In this document: positions 19,461 to 28,674 of the stretch, one piece after another
How the letters are laid out: each line of letters opens with the position of its first letter
How positions within the stretch are numbered: position 1 is the first letter of the stretch
Virus record (IMG/VR): IMGVR_UViG_3300017589_000080
Span: 11,012-75,011 of that record
Source of the DNA: a virus
Lineage: Duplodnaviria > Caudoviricetes
DNA: 64,000 nt
Reading direction: 5' to 3' (one strand)
Translations under genes and position numbers: made by a program
Notes under the pieces: model-generated
Database searches by the model: none
What the model was told of the DNA's origin: nothing
What the model saw: the letters and a program-made list of their open reading frames with translations, nothing else

Positions 19461-20030
19461 ATGGATAAAAGAATAGATTTAGAGGTTAACTCAGCTAGCA
19501 CAGATATTAATTGTGTTAGAACGAGAACTGGTGTAATGAAAAGAGTAGATACTGTTGACCCAGGAGTATTTTTCTGTAGAAATCAGGTAGACGGTGTTTG
19601 GGATCCTTCCATAATAACAGCTGGGATGGTTCCGATGAATAGAGCTGCAGGAGGGACCAACCCAGTAACAGATTATGCTGAAGTAATGACGTCAGGTAAT
19701 GGTCAGGTGCTTATCAAAAAGACTGGATGGTATAATGTAGAAACTTATTTTCATAGTTCAGATGCTACAACAGTTCCAGCTCTAGTTTTAACCATAACAA
19801 AAGAAACAGCAGGAGTGTCATCTTCTATTGTAACTCATGATACTCAAGATATGACATTTTGGGCAGGAAACTCTAGAATGCAGTCAACAGCAGATGCATT
19901 AGTATATCTTTTAGCAAATGATAAGATATGGATGACTATAAAAGAATCTCATGCAGTGAATTGGTTTAGAGTTAGTGCAGACTCGCACATAATAATTAAT
20001 CCATACTGTTATCTTGGAAATGAATATTAA
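19461..20030 (+). CDS. Small RBP-like protein (C1q/TNF-like fold suspected)
   Basis: VLIKKTGWYNVETYF and VYLLANDKIWM resemble the matching motifs in 18155 and 20040. Confidence 0.5.
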   Translation: MDKRIDLEVNSASTDINCVRTRTGVMKRVDTVDPGVFFCRNQVDGVWDPSIITAGMVPMNRAAGGTNPVTDYAEVMTSGNGQVLIKKTGWYNVETYFHSSDATTVPALVLTITKETAGVSSSIVTHDTQDMTFWAGNSRMQSTADALVYLLANDKIWMTIKESHAVNWFRVSADSHIIINPYCYLGNEY

Positions 20031-20039
20031 GGAGAGGTT

Positions 20040-21479
20040 ATGGCTTTAGTAAATGTAGAAACAAATATTAAATATGATGGTGTTGTCAAGCCTTTAAGTA
20101 TAGCAACTTCAACAGACATGATAAAGAAACCAAAACCTTTTGGAGTTAAGATGTCTGGAGACATTGTTAGTGCAGGAGAAATCTTGATGCAATACAGTCT
20201 TCCAATAGATTCTAATTATGTCTCCTCAAATGAATATGCTGAGCTCTATGAAATGGGACAAGGGAGAATAGGAATTCTTAAGAATGGGTTTTATAAACTC
20301 TCAATATATTCTACCATAAGTGATGCTAATGGTAATAATGTAGGAAAAGCTTATATAAGAGTTAAAGATAAAAGAGCTGATTCTCAATTAATGATTCTAG
20401 AGAATTCATTTGCTCCAACAGTAGACGGGATGCATCGGAAATCCTGGTCAACTTATGCTTATCTATACAAAACAATGTATCTGGAAAGTAATACACAATG
20501 TTGGACAAACTGGGATAATATGGGACAAGGTAATTATAGAGTTGCAGGATATTTAAATACAACACTAATAATTACACCAGTTTACTATTTATCTGATGAC
20601 AGAAGTGATTACCATGTAAGGAATCTCCCTACTCAGATAAGATATGTTAGAGATTGGCTCTGTGGTAGCAGTGTAAGCACTGGTAGTCATTGGGTAGAAA
20701 TTCAAGCATTTGACTCAGGTGGAACTAATAGAGCACTAAATAAGTCAGTGTACAGCTCTTGGGGTTCAACTTCAGGAGTGCTGGTAGATGGGGCAACTGC
20801 TACAGGATCATATATTGATGGACCTGTTTCTACAAACTGTTCTATGTGGGTAGATCTTGGAGCTCTTTATACAATCCCTAAGATAAAAGTGTGGCATTAT
20901 CATGGAGATAATCGAATGTTCTTTGGAACTAAAACAGAAGTATCTCCTGATGGATATAATTGGTATCCTTTCTTTGACAGTTCTGTAGAAGGATTATATA
21001 TTGAGAATAGTCTTGGTAAACTACATGATAGAACCTACAAGACAACAATCCCAAAACAATTTAGATATATCAGAGATACTGCCAATGGAAGTACTTCTAA
21101 CTCAGGAACTCACTGGGTAGAGATAAAAGCTTTCAATGAAGCAGGAACTAATATTGCATTAAATAAAACAACATCTAGTTCATGGGGTGGTGTTTATCCT
21201 GTTTGGTGCGATGGTAGTATTGACAGTGCTTCATATGCAGGTATAGAAGCTGCAAATCAATGGATTAAGATTGATCTTGGTGCTCTATATACCATTCCAT
21301 TGGTTAAGGTTTGGCATTATTATGCAGATAAAAGGATCTATTATCAAACGAAGACAGAAGTATCCGTTGATAATGTTAATTGGATACCTATCTATGATAG
21401 TTTAAATGAAGGATTATATAGAGAAACATTACATGGTAATGCAATTTCAACAAAGAATCTAGAATATAATGTAGTCTAA
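20040..21479 (+). CDS. Tail protein with two tandem discoidin (F5/8 type C)-like domains
   Basis: Repeated RY.RD...GS......HWVEI.AF...GTN.ALNK...DLGALYTIP..KVWHY unit. Confidence 0.7.
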   Translation: MALVNVETNIKYDGVVKPLSIATSTDMIKKPKPFGVKMSGDIVSAGEILMQYSLPIDSNYVSSNEYAELYEMGQGRIGILKNGFYKLSIYSTISDANGNNVGKAYIRVKDKRADSQLMILENSFAPTVDGMHRKSWSTYAYLYKTMYLESNTQCWTNWDNMGQGNYRVAGYLNTTLIITPVYYLSDDRSDYHVRNLPTQIRYVRDWLCGSSVSTGSHWVEIQAFDSGGTNRALNKSVYSSWGSTSGVLVDGATATGSYIDGPVSTNCSMWVDLGALYTIPKIKVWHYHGDNRMFFGTKTEVSPDGYNWYPFFDSSVEGLYIENSLGKLHDRTYKTTIPKQFRYIRDTANGSTSNSGTHWVEIKAFNEAGTNIALNKTTSSSWGGVYPVWCDGSIDSASYAGIEAANQWIKIDLGALYTIPLVKVWHYYADKRIYYQTKTEVSVDNVNWIPIYDSLNEGLYRETLHGNAISTKNLEYNVV

Positions 21480-21490
21480 GGAGGATTATT

Positions 21491-21925
21491 ATGGAAAGAG
21501 TACTTATTGGATATGAAGGAAGAGCTCCTGGAGAGATAAATGTTTTCAGAGTTGCACAGGAGATCAAAGATGTGGGTATCATATTTACAAATCTCCAGAT
21601 TGATACAGATACCAATGGTCAAGTTTATTTAATACTTGAGAGCAATGAATATTACTTAACAATTAAAGATCAATTAGAGTTGTTAATTTCAATACATGAA
21701 CCAATACCAATTCCAATGACTGCTGTTACATTCGATAATCTTCAACAGAAAGTTGTTGACACTGAAGCTGAGAATGTAAGACTTAAGTTGGAGATCGATA
21801 ACTTATCTAAGAAGATGGTTGAAGATAAAGTTATAAGTGATGAAGTTAATGCTTCATACGATGTTGTTTTACAAGAGATATTATTTGAAATTATTCCTGA
21901 CTTACAATCTCAGATACTTTCATAA
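21491..21925 (+). CDS. Hypothetical protein (XkdW-like position, coiled-coil C-terminus)
   Basis: GGAGGA RBS; C-terminal QEILFEIIP helix; lies between fibre genes and a small XkdX/CD1375-like gene. Confidence 0.55.
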   Translation: MERVLIGYEGRAPGEINVFRVAQEIKDVGIIFTNLQIDTDTNGQVYLILESNEYYLTIKDQLELLISIHEPIPIPMTAVTFDNLQQKVVDTEAENVRLKLEIDNLSKKMVEDKVISDEVNASYDVVLQEILFEIIPDLQSQILS

Positions 21926-21965
21926 TATAGATTTAAATCTACACCGAAAGGAGGTGATTATTATA

Positions 21966-22115
21966 ATGGCTGGTTATTTAGCAGAAAAGATTATGGACGG
22001 TGTTCAGACTTATGCAAAGATCTTCAGTATCTCTTACTATAAGAAGTACCAAGAAGATGTTGATGCTATTCTTATCTTAGAAGGTAAGGATGATCTTATT
22101 ACACCTTTAGTTTAA
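21966..22115 (+). CDS. Small CD1375/XkdX-like protein
   Basis: GGAGGTG RBS before ATG 21966; MAGYLAEKIMDGVQTYAKIF...KYQEDVDAIL is the typical small gene at the end of Firmicutes tail modules. Confidence 0.65.
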   Translation: MAGYLAEKIMDGVQTYAKIFSISYYKKYQEDVDAILILEGKDDLITPLV

Positions 22116-22157
22116 TTACTTGGATCGAACTCGTGTTTAAAGAAAGAAGGAATTATT

Positions 22158-22916
22158 ATGAATGATGCACAAATACAAGGCAACCTTTATGCTTTAAACT
22201 ACTCTCCTGGACCTTTAGATGGTCAAATAGGAACGCTGGGTACTGGTGCTGTTAGAACAGCTCAATCAGGCTATGGCATTGAAGTAGATGGAGTTCCAGG
22301 TCCAGTTACGCAAGGTAAGTTGATGGGTCAATTGGCAGTTGTTCAGCAACGGTTAAAAGACTTAGGATATTACAATGGAGATATTGATGGCATCTGGGGA
22401 CCAATGACTCATGCTGCAATTATTGCATTCCAGATAGATAATGGATTATCTGATGATGGTATCGTTGGAGATTATACATCTGAAAAACTCTTTGGAACTG
22501 CTGCACCATCTCAACCTGCTGCACCACCTGCAAGTAATCCTATTGATGGTGACATGTATACAGAACACTTCTCTAAGTTTGAAATGAGTTGTGAATGTAT
22601 CTGGCAAGGAGGTCCAGGTTATTGTAGTGGTCATCTTGGTGAAATGCATCCTGAGCTAATGAGAAGACTAGAGCTGGTTAGACAAGAGCTTAATATTCCA
22701 ATGTCAATTAGTTCAGGCTTCAGATGTGATCAACTCAATGCTGATGTTGGTGGTGTCTGGGATAGCTATCATAAACTTGGTCGTGCCTGTGATGTTCCAT
22801 GTATCTCTGCAAATGGATACTCTGTTGATGAAATGGCTAACTGTGGTGAACGACATGGTCTTAAAACTATTCGTTATTACAATGATCGTTTCGTTCATTA
22901 TCAATGGAATGATTAA
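22158..22916 (+). CDS. Endolysin: two PG-binding domains plus Zn peptidase M15
   Basis: DGQIG..GTGAVRTAQ and DGIWGPMT.AAIIAFQ..NGL..DGIVG PG-binding repeats; SSGFRC..LNADVGG...SYH..GRACD...FVHY M15 motifs. Confidence 0.9.
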   Translation: MNDAQIQGNLYALNYSPGPLDGQIGTLGTGAVRTAQSGYGIEVDGVPGPVTQGKLMGQLAVVQQRLKDLGYYNGDIDGIWGPMTHAAIIAFQIDNGLSDDGIVGDYTSEKLFGTAAPSQPAAPPASNPIDGDMYTEHFSKFEMSCECIWQGGPGYCSGHLGEMHPELMRRLELVRQELNIPMSISSGFRCDQLNADVGGVWDSYHKLGRACDVPCISANGYSVDEMANCGERHGLKTIRYYNDRFVHYQWND

Positions 22917-22942
22917 AAGTTACATGGTCAAGTAATATTTAT

Positions 22943-22975
22943 GGAGATTAGTCTTAATTGATTAGTCTCCTTTTT
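22943..22975 (+). terminator. Rho-independent terminator
   Basis: GGAGATTAGTC / GATTAGTCTCC stem (two G-U pairs) followed by TTTTT, just after the endolysin. Confidence 0.75.
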
Positions 22976-23425
22976 ATTTATACATGGTTAGAAAAAACTT
23001 TACATTATCTCTCAATGTCATCTTAATATTAATAAGAATAGTAATCTGTATAGTAACTTATAAAGGAACAATAAAAAGAATAAGAAGAAGTGTTATTAAC
23101 TGTCTTATTATCTATTATCTTATTAATATCTCTCTTAATTATCTGTTAATCCTCTATTATCTTTCAGTTATCTCTCAATCTGTGTCTGTCTGTCATTATT
23201 ACCTGTGTTGAAATCTATGTGTTTTCTGTGGTTTGTATGCATTTAACTCAGTGAAAAAGAAAGAATTCTCTCAAAATCAACTGAAATTAACCAAAATCGT
23301 TCATTTAATTAAGATATCCTTAAAACTGTCCTGTAGATCGATCATGATGAAGATTAACCCGACCTGAATTGTTAAAAGAGGGTCGTAATTAGACCTGTTC
23401 GAAAAGTCTGTAAGGAGGATATTGA

Positions 23426-25834
23426 ATGGCAAATAATAGATTTAAAACGTTTATTGAGAACATTGGTCAAGGCAATAAGAAGTCAAAAGATTCCTTAACG
23501 ACTCGAAGAATTCGAATCAAAGGTAATCCCTCAAGTCAAGATCATGTTCCAATAGCACGTAAAGGCAGAACTCTTCCAGACTTCCTTGAAAGTATCGAAG
23601 GTTCAAGTCTTGTCGATGTCTCAGAATTAAATCAATTTAGAACAATGTCAAGCGATAGAGAGATTCAATATAAGATCTATGATGAGATGGCAAGAGATAC
23701 AATTATCTCCTCTGCATTAGAATTATATTCTGATGATGCAACTCAGTACAATTCAAAAGGTCAGATCGTTTGGGCAGAAGCAGAAGATCCAGACATCTCA
23801 GCATTTGCTAACCGACTTATTGAAATCCTCGATCTTAATAACAATGCATGGTCTCACATTTACACAATGGTTAAATATGGAGATCTGTATCTTGAAACTT
23901 ATCGAGATGATGAAACCGATGAACAATCAATTCTTACAGGAGATCTAAGTTATTCTGATGTTAAAGTACATCGAGAACGAGAAGGATCTCAAATGGAAGA
24001 ATATATAGAAGCAGTTAGTAACCCTTCAGACATCTTTGATTTAACAAGTCGAGGAAAGACAGTTGGGTTTATTCGTGTTCCTACAGATGACAGAGATTCA
24101 TTAGAACCACATGCAAGTTATCAATATCTTGGTGATGAAGAGGAGACAGTTGTTCTTAGACCAACCAAGTACATCCATGTCGCCATGTCCAATGATGTCG
24201 ATAGATTCCCACAAACTCTTAAGTTACGTTACGTTAAGGATGGAACCACTGATCTCGATGAACAGTACACTCGTTCTTATGTTGTTAGTCGTGGTAAATC
24301 TGTTCTACATAACATTTACAAATCCTACAAAGAACTTTCTCTTATGGAAGATTCTCTTTTATTAAATCGTGTTACTCGTTCTTCAATAATAAGACTTCTT
24401 CAAATTGAAGTTGGTGACATGCCTAAAGGTAAGATCCGTGAATTGTTAAAACGATTTAAATCACTTATTGAACAGAAGAACTACATGGACAAGAATGATG
24501 GAACTTATACATCAATGGCAGCTCCAGGTCCAATTGACAATGTTATCTATGTTCCTACTAAGGATGGTAAGGGAGCGATCTCAGCATCTAACTTAGGTGG
24601 CGATGTAGATATTAAGTCGATAGTCGACATTGATTACTTTAAGAACAAAGTGTATGGTGGTCTAAAGATTCCCTCAGCATTCTTAGAAGGCAAGTGTTTA
24701 CATCAAAGTGTTGTTCCTGTTCTTCTTGATGGTTCTACTAATAACATTAAAAGCATGTACGAGGACAAGGATGCATTCATTGGTAGAGACATTGTAACCT
24801 GCTCAATTTCAGGATCAGTTACCTCTTCCAAGATAGTTGATGTACAGAGAACAAGAATCAATGCTAACTTCGTAAGAGTTAACTTAGACAATGAGAAGAG
24901 CTTCATTGTTACTCCTGATCATCCAGTCATGTTAGACAATGGTATCTTTCTTGAAGCCATCTATCTGTCAGAAGGATTAAAGTTAATGCCATATTCTACA
25001 ACAGTAATTGACAATGACTTAATAACTCTTGACAATGAGACTGGTACTTATCTTGATCTTAAGACAGGATCTACTATTCCTTATATTGTTACTCTTAATG
25101 AGGTGTCTACTGCAGTCATGGTAACAAGTGTTGATGTCCTTGACATTATTGAAGATGCCTATGACCTAACAGTTGAAAGTGATAATCATACTTTTGCAAT
25201 TGACAGTGGTCTCTTTATTCATAACAGTGATGATGGCGGTTTATCTGCAGGAACAGCTTTAACAAAACTTGACTCACGTTATGCCAGAACAATTAAGAGA
25301 ATTCAAAACTCTTATATCATGGGAATAACCACTCTTGTAAATCTCTTTGCATTGGATCGTGGTCTTGATGATCATGTTAATAACTTTGTAATTAAGATGG
25401 TATCTCCTTCAACCATAGAAGACTCAGAACGAGATGAAGTAATGGACAGTCGTATGAACATGATTGGAACCTTTATGGATTTGATAGCTGATGAGAACAT
25501 AGTAGACAATACAACAAGGAAAGACATCTTGATGTACTTCGTAAGCAATTTCCTTAATGAACCTGAGATTGCTAAGTTCCTTGCAGAGGATACAACGACA
25601 GAAATACAAGAAGAAATACCTGAAGAGGGGTCAGAAGAAGATGGCTTCAGTCCTTCAGGTGGAAGCTTCAGTAGTTCTGGGTCTTCTCCTCCTTCCTCAA
25701 GTGGAATTGATGGACCTGCTGAAACAGGTGATGGTTCTGAAGGTGGTGATATCCCTGACAACCTTGGTGCTGATGACAATGGTATAACCGACAATACAGA
25801 GTTTGGAAACTTTGAAGATGAATTTGACAGATAG
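23426..25834 (+). CDS. Portal protein (T4 gp20-like) containing an intein
   Basis: LMEDSLLLNRVTRSS..R...IEVGDMPK.K and DIDYFKNKVYGGLKIPSAFL match the gp20 family; acidic Ser/Gly-rich tail. Confidence 0.9.
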   Translation: MANNRFKTFIENIGQGNKKSKDSLTTRRIRIKGNPSSQDHVPIARKGRTLPDFLESIEGSSLVDVSELNQFRTMSSDREIQYKIYDEMARDTIISSALELYSDDATQYNSKGQIVWAEAEDPDISAFANRLIEILDLNNNAWSHIYTMVKYGDLYLETYRDDETDEQSILTGDLSYSDVKVHREREGSQMEEYIEAVSNPSDIFDLTSRGKTVGFIRVPTDDRDSLEPHASYQYLGDEEETVVLRPTKYIHVAMSNDVDRFPQTLKLRYVKDGTTDLDEQYTRSYVVSRGKSVLHNIYKSYKELSLMEDSLLLNRVTRSSIIRLLQIEVGDMPKGKIRELLKRFKSLIEQKNYMDKNDGTYTSMAAPGPIDNVIYVPTKDGKGAISASNLGGDVDIKSIVDIDYFKNKVYGGLKIPSAFLEGKCLHQSVVPVLLDGSTNNIKSMYEDKDAFIGRDIVTCSISGSVTSSKIVDVQRTRINANFVRVNLDNEKSFIVTPDHPVMLDNGIFLEAIYLSEGLKLMPYSTTVIDNDLITLDNETGTYLDLKTGSTIPYIVTLNEVSTAVMVTSVDVLDIIEDAYDLTVESDNHTFAIDSGLFIHNSDDGGLSAGTALTKLDSRYARTIKRIQNSYIMGITTLVNLFALDRGLDDHVNNFVIKMVSPSTIEDSERDEVMDSRMNMIGTFMDLIADENIVDNTTRKDILMYFVSNFLNEPEIAKFLAEDTTTEIQEEIPEEGSEEDGFSPSGGSFSSSGSSPPSSSGIDGPAETGDGSEGGDIPDNLGADDNGITDNTEFGNFEDEFDR
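24695..25225 (+). mobile_element. Mini-intein (177 aa, no homing endonuclease) in portal
   Basis: Begins CLHQSVVPVLLDG; block B TPDHPVM; block F YDLTVESDNHTF; ends IHN followed by Ser (+1). Confidence 0.92.
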
Positions 25835-25846
25835 GGGAAGACAGAA

Positions 25847-26287
25847 ATGACAGTAGACCTGGACAATGTTCTCTATATAATGGGATTTATCATAACATTG
25901 TCTGCAGTAGTTGGGATAGTTATTAAGGTTGTATCAAATGTTATTAAGAAGGTTACAGCTGAGACAATAAGTGGACAGATCGATCAGTTCACAAAGATCT
26001 TCAATAATCAGCTTAGTGAATTATCAACCAGCCTTGTAACACATATTGGAAACGATGGGGATAATACTCAAATTATTAAGGATTGTTTACTCTTCATGAC
26101 AAGAGATAAATTAAACACTGCTCATCAATTCTATATGGCTAAGGGTTCAATTGACAACAATTCATTGTGTGTGTTGGAAGATATTTACACTTCCTATAAA
26201 ACATTGGGTGGTAATTCATTCATTGATTCTATCATGGTTGACTTAAGAAACCTTAAGATTATAAACTACATTGTAGACAGGACATAA
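25847..26287 (+). CDS. Membrane protein, holin-like candidate
   Basis: N-terminal hydrophobic helix; YKTLGGN motif common in Firmicutes phage lysis-associated proteins. Confidence 0.5.
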   Translation: MTVDLDNVLYIMGFIITLSAVVGIVIKVVSNVIKKVTAETISGQIDQFTKIFNNQLSELSTSLVTHIGNDGDNTQIIKDCLLFMTRDKLNTAHQFYMAKGSIDNNSLCVLEDIYTSYKTLGGNSFIDSIMVDLRNLKIINYIVDRT

Positions 26288-26311
26288 AAGAAGAAAGGTA
26301 ATGTTCATAAT

Positions 26312-26770
26312 ATGAAATTATTAAGTAAGTCAAACGTTTATTTAGAACTCTTCAAGATTCAAGAAGAACAAGAAATTAATGTTAACAGATACATAAAAGA
26401 GCTAGCAGGTAAAAGCGAAATACCATATGACATTTTAGTTTTTATAAACAAACATTCTCCTCTTCAGCAGTTAGAAACATATAACCATATTTATAACAAC
26501 AGAAGGAAGAACCCATTATACAAAAACTTAGTCAATGAAGAATTAAGCCAAGAAGATAAAGCAGTGTCGATTTCATCTTTAATAACTCAAGTCTTAATAA
26601 GAATGAAATCGATGAATGAAGAGGACAGAAAAGAGTTCTCTGAGATCATGAATATGGACTTGCTTGTGGAAGCTTTGAAAGGCTACTCAAACAACGACAA
26701 CGATGGCTTAAACGAGTGCTGTATTAATGTACGAAGCATACTAAAGAAATTATACTCAAAGGAGGATTAG
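26312..26770 (+). CDS. Hypothetical protein
   Basis: 152-aa helical ORF with an RBS, in the head module. Confidence 0.65.
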   Translation: MKLLSKSNVYLELFKIQEEQEINVNRYIKELAGKSEIPYDILVFINKHSPLQQLETYNHIYNNRRKNPLYKNLVNEELSQEDKAVSISSLITQVLIRMKSMNEEDRKEFSEIMNMDLLVEALKGYSNNDNDGLNECCINVRSILKKLYSKED

Positions 26771-27067
26771 ATGTCTATTTTAACTATTAAGGATCTAGAA
26801 GAGAGAAGTAAATCTTTACCAAGCTATGTTGATGATATTCTGTTAGCTATTGAAAGTGAGACAGATGCTGTGAAAGAATACGATTCAATTTTAGAGATTC
26901 CTAATCTTCCGAGTAAGGTACAAGAACTCATAAGAGAGATTAGAGATGATGAGAAAGATCACATGACACTGTTGTCTGCATTACTTTATCAGATAACCTC
27001 AACAGGACAAATGAACAATGAAGAGGAAGTCAGTGTCAGTGATGAAGATCTGGAGCTTGATTTATGA
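26771..27067 (+). CDS. Ferritin-like (half four-helix-bundle) protein
   Basis: AIESETDAVKEY and EIRDDEKDH (ExxH) metal-ligand pattern. Confidence 0.65.
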   Translation: MSILTIKDLEERSKSLPSYVDDILLAIESETDAVKEYDSILEIPNLPSKVQELIREIRDDEKDHMTLLSALLYQITSTGQMNNEEEVSVSDEDLELDL

Positions 27068-27732
27068 TAAGGGTTTATGAAGGTGTAAATGATTATTACT
27101 TATATCATTCTACTCCAGCAATAAATGCTATCAGAATAATAACTGATAATAAGTTAATGGCAATTAGAGCCGATGATGAAAAGGCTATTTCTTTCAGTAG
27201 GAATAAGAGAGTTATCTATGGTGACATTGCATTTACTATTGACAGAAGAAAGCTATCACATAACTACAAAATTATTCCTGTCTCAAAAGGACTTGAACAA
27301 GGATACAGATCAGATGGAGATGCAGAGGTTTCCGATGAAGAACGTGTGCTAAGAGATGTCAAAAACTTCTTAAGCTATGTTCTCTCAATTGATTTCTGTG
27401 CTGCTAAGACTCCTGAGAGAATTATCAGGAAAGCATTATTCACCTCTTCTATTGAAGAGATAACAACTATTACAGATAACTCTAATAACAATAAGAGATG
27501 TAACAATTTCTATAATCTGTATCTTGTTGTAAATGCTAAAGGAATCCCAGTTGGTAAGAAATTATCAAGCTTATTTAAAGTCCTAGAGGATAAGCTAAAT
27601 GACACTGGCAGTGATGAAGAATGGGTAACTGCTAATACAAGTTATGGTAAGTATAATTCCCCATACGTTCCAGCAAAAAGGAACAAAGGAAAACCAATAC
27701 CTAACACTTATGGTGGTGGGGAAGATATTTAA
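27064..27732 (+). CDS. Putative ADP-ribosyltransferase-fold head-associated protein
   Basis: YLYHST, ISFSRN and SDEERV occur in ART catalytic-motif order; MIRVYE leader. Confidence 0.45.
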   Translation: MIRVYEGVNDYYLYHSTPAINAIRIITDNKLMAIRADDEKAISFSRNKRVIYGDIAFTIDRRKLSHNYKIIPVSKGLEQGYRSDGDAEVSDEERVLRDVKNFLSYVLSIDFCAAKTPERIIRKALFTSSIEEITTITDNSNNNKRCNNFYNLYLVVNAKGIPVGKKLSSLFKVLEDKLNDTGSDEEWVTANTSYGKYNSPYVPAKRNKGKPIPNTYGGGEDI

Positions 27733-27749
27733 TAAGAAAGGTTGATGAG

Positions 27750-28661
27750 ATGATTAGACCATTAAAAGAAAGTGTAGCTGTCAGATACAGTAAAGTGTAT
27801 CAGCAAGATGGCTTTAAGTTTAGATACAATTATAAACTTGCTGAGTTAGAAGTGCTTGACGGAACTGAGGTAATTGATTCAATGGGTTTATCTTCTGGAG
27901 ACTGGGATGAAAGTCCTCGATACTGGATAGATCAATACATGAGTAACTTTGAAAGTGAGTTCGACCTTGCTGACTTGGAAGATGAATTTGGTTACTTGAA
28001 TGAATCAGAAGAGTTGGAGCCTTTAATCCTCGATGAAGATGACTTTGATGTTGTTGATGGAGATGGCAACCGTCCTCCTGTAAAACGAAGAGGAATGACA
28101 GGTGGGTCAAGAAAAGAAATAGATAACACTTATTATTTCAGAAGTCCACTGATGGTGACAACCACTTCAGACTATGATGACTATGAAGTTGGAGATGGGT
28201 CAGAACTTGTAAACAGAGGAATTGAGAATCAGCTTCTTAATGCTTTATATGATGAGTTTAAAGAACTTGACTTAGCAGAATACATTGATGAGAAATACAA
28301 CAGTGTAATCTATGGTAAGATCAAATCTATCAAAGTTACTGCAGAGTTGACAAGTGATCATCGATCAATGATTGGTGTTGCAGTTGTTGAAGCTAATGAA
28401 GAACTTGATGATGAAACTATCATGGCATTAAAAGAATATATTTCTGGACAGTACTCTGATGGTTGGGGTGAGGGATTCGAACAACGACCTATTTCAGAAT
28501 ACAATGACACTGTTGAATTTGAGAATGAAGAATACGATGAAGAGACAGGAGAAACTGAGTACAATACAGAATATGAAACAGGTCACTTTGAAACCTGTGT
28601 ATCTTTCTGGTATGGTCATGACCAGTTACCAAGATCACCATGGTCATTAAAACTAAGTTAA
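27750..28661 (+). CDS. Acidic hypothetical protein, putative internal head protein
   Basis: MIRPLKES leader; very acidic; LKEYISGQYSDGWGEGFEQR motif. Confidence 0.6.
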   Translation: MIRPLKESVAVRYSKVYQQDGFKFRYNYKLAELEVLDGTEVIDSMGLSSGDWDESPRYWIDQYMSNFESEFDLADLEDEFGYLNESEELEPLILDEDDFDVVDGDGNRPPVKRRGMTGGSRKEIDNTYYFRSPLMVTTTSDYDDYEVGDGSELVNRGIENQLLNALYDEFKELDLAEYIDEKYNSVIYGKIKSIKVTAELTSDHRSMIGVAVVEANEELDDETIMALKEYISGQYSDGWGEGFEQRPISEYNDTVEFENEEYDEETGETEYNTEYETGHFETCVSFWYGHDQLPRSPWSLKLS

Positions 28662-28674
28662 GAAAGGGATAACA

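Noticed and set aside
8925-21479. Diversity-generating retroelement or shufflon acting on the fibre genes
   Set aside because: No reverse transcriptase, invertase, adenine-specific template/variable repeat pair or inverted crossover sites seen in the window; the repeats are ordinary paralogy.
22984-23211. 75-aa hydrophobic ORF after the endolysin as a holin
   Set aside because: It lies beyond a terminator, has no clear RBS, and its hydrophobicity follows from low-complexity T/A-rich DNA.
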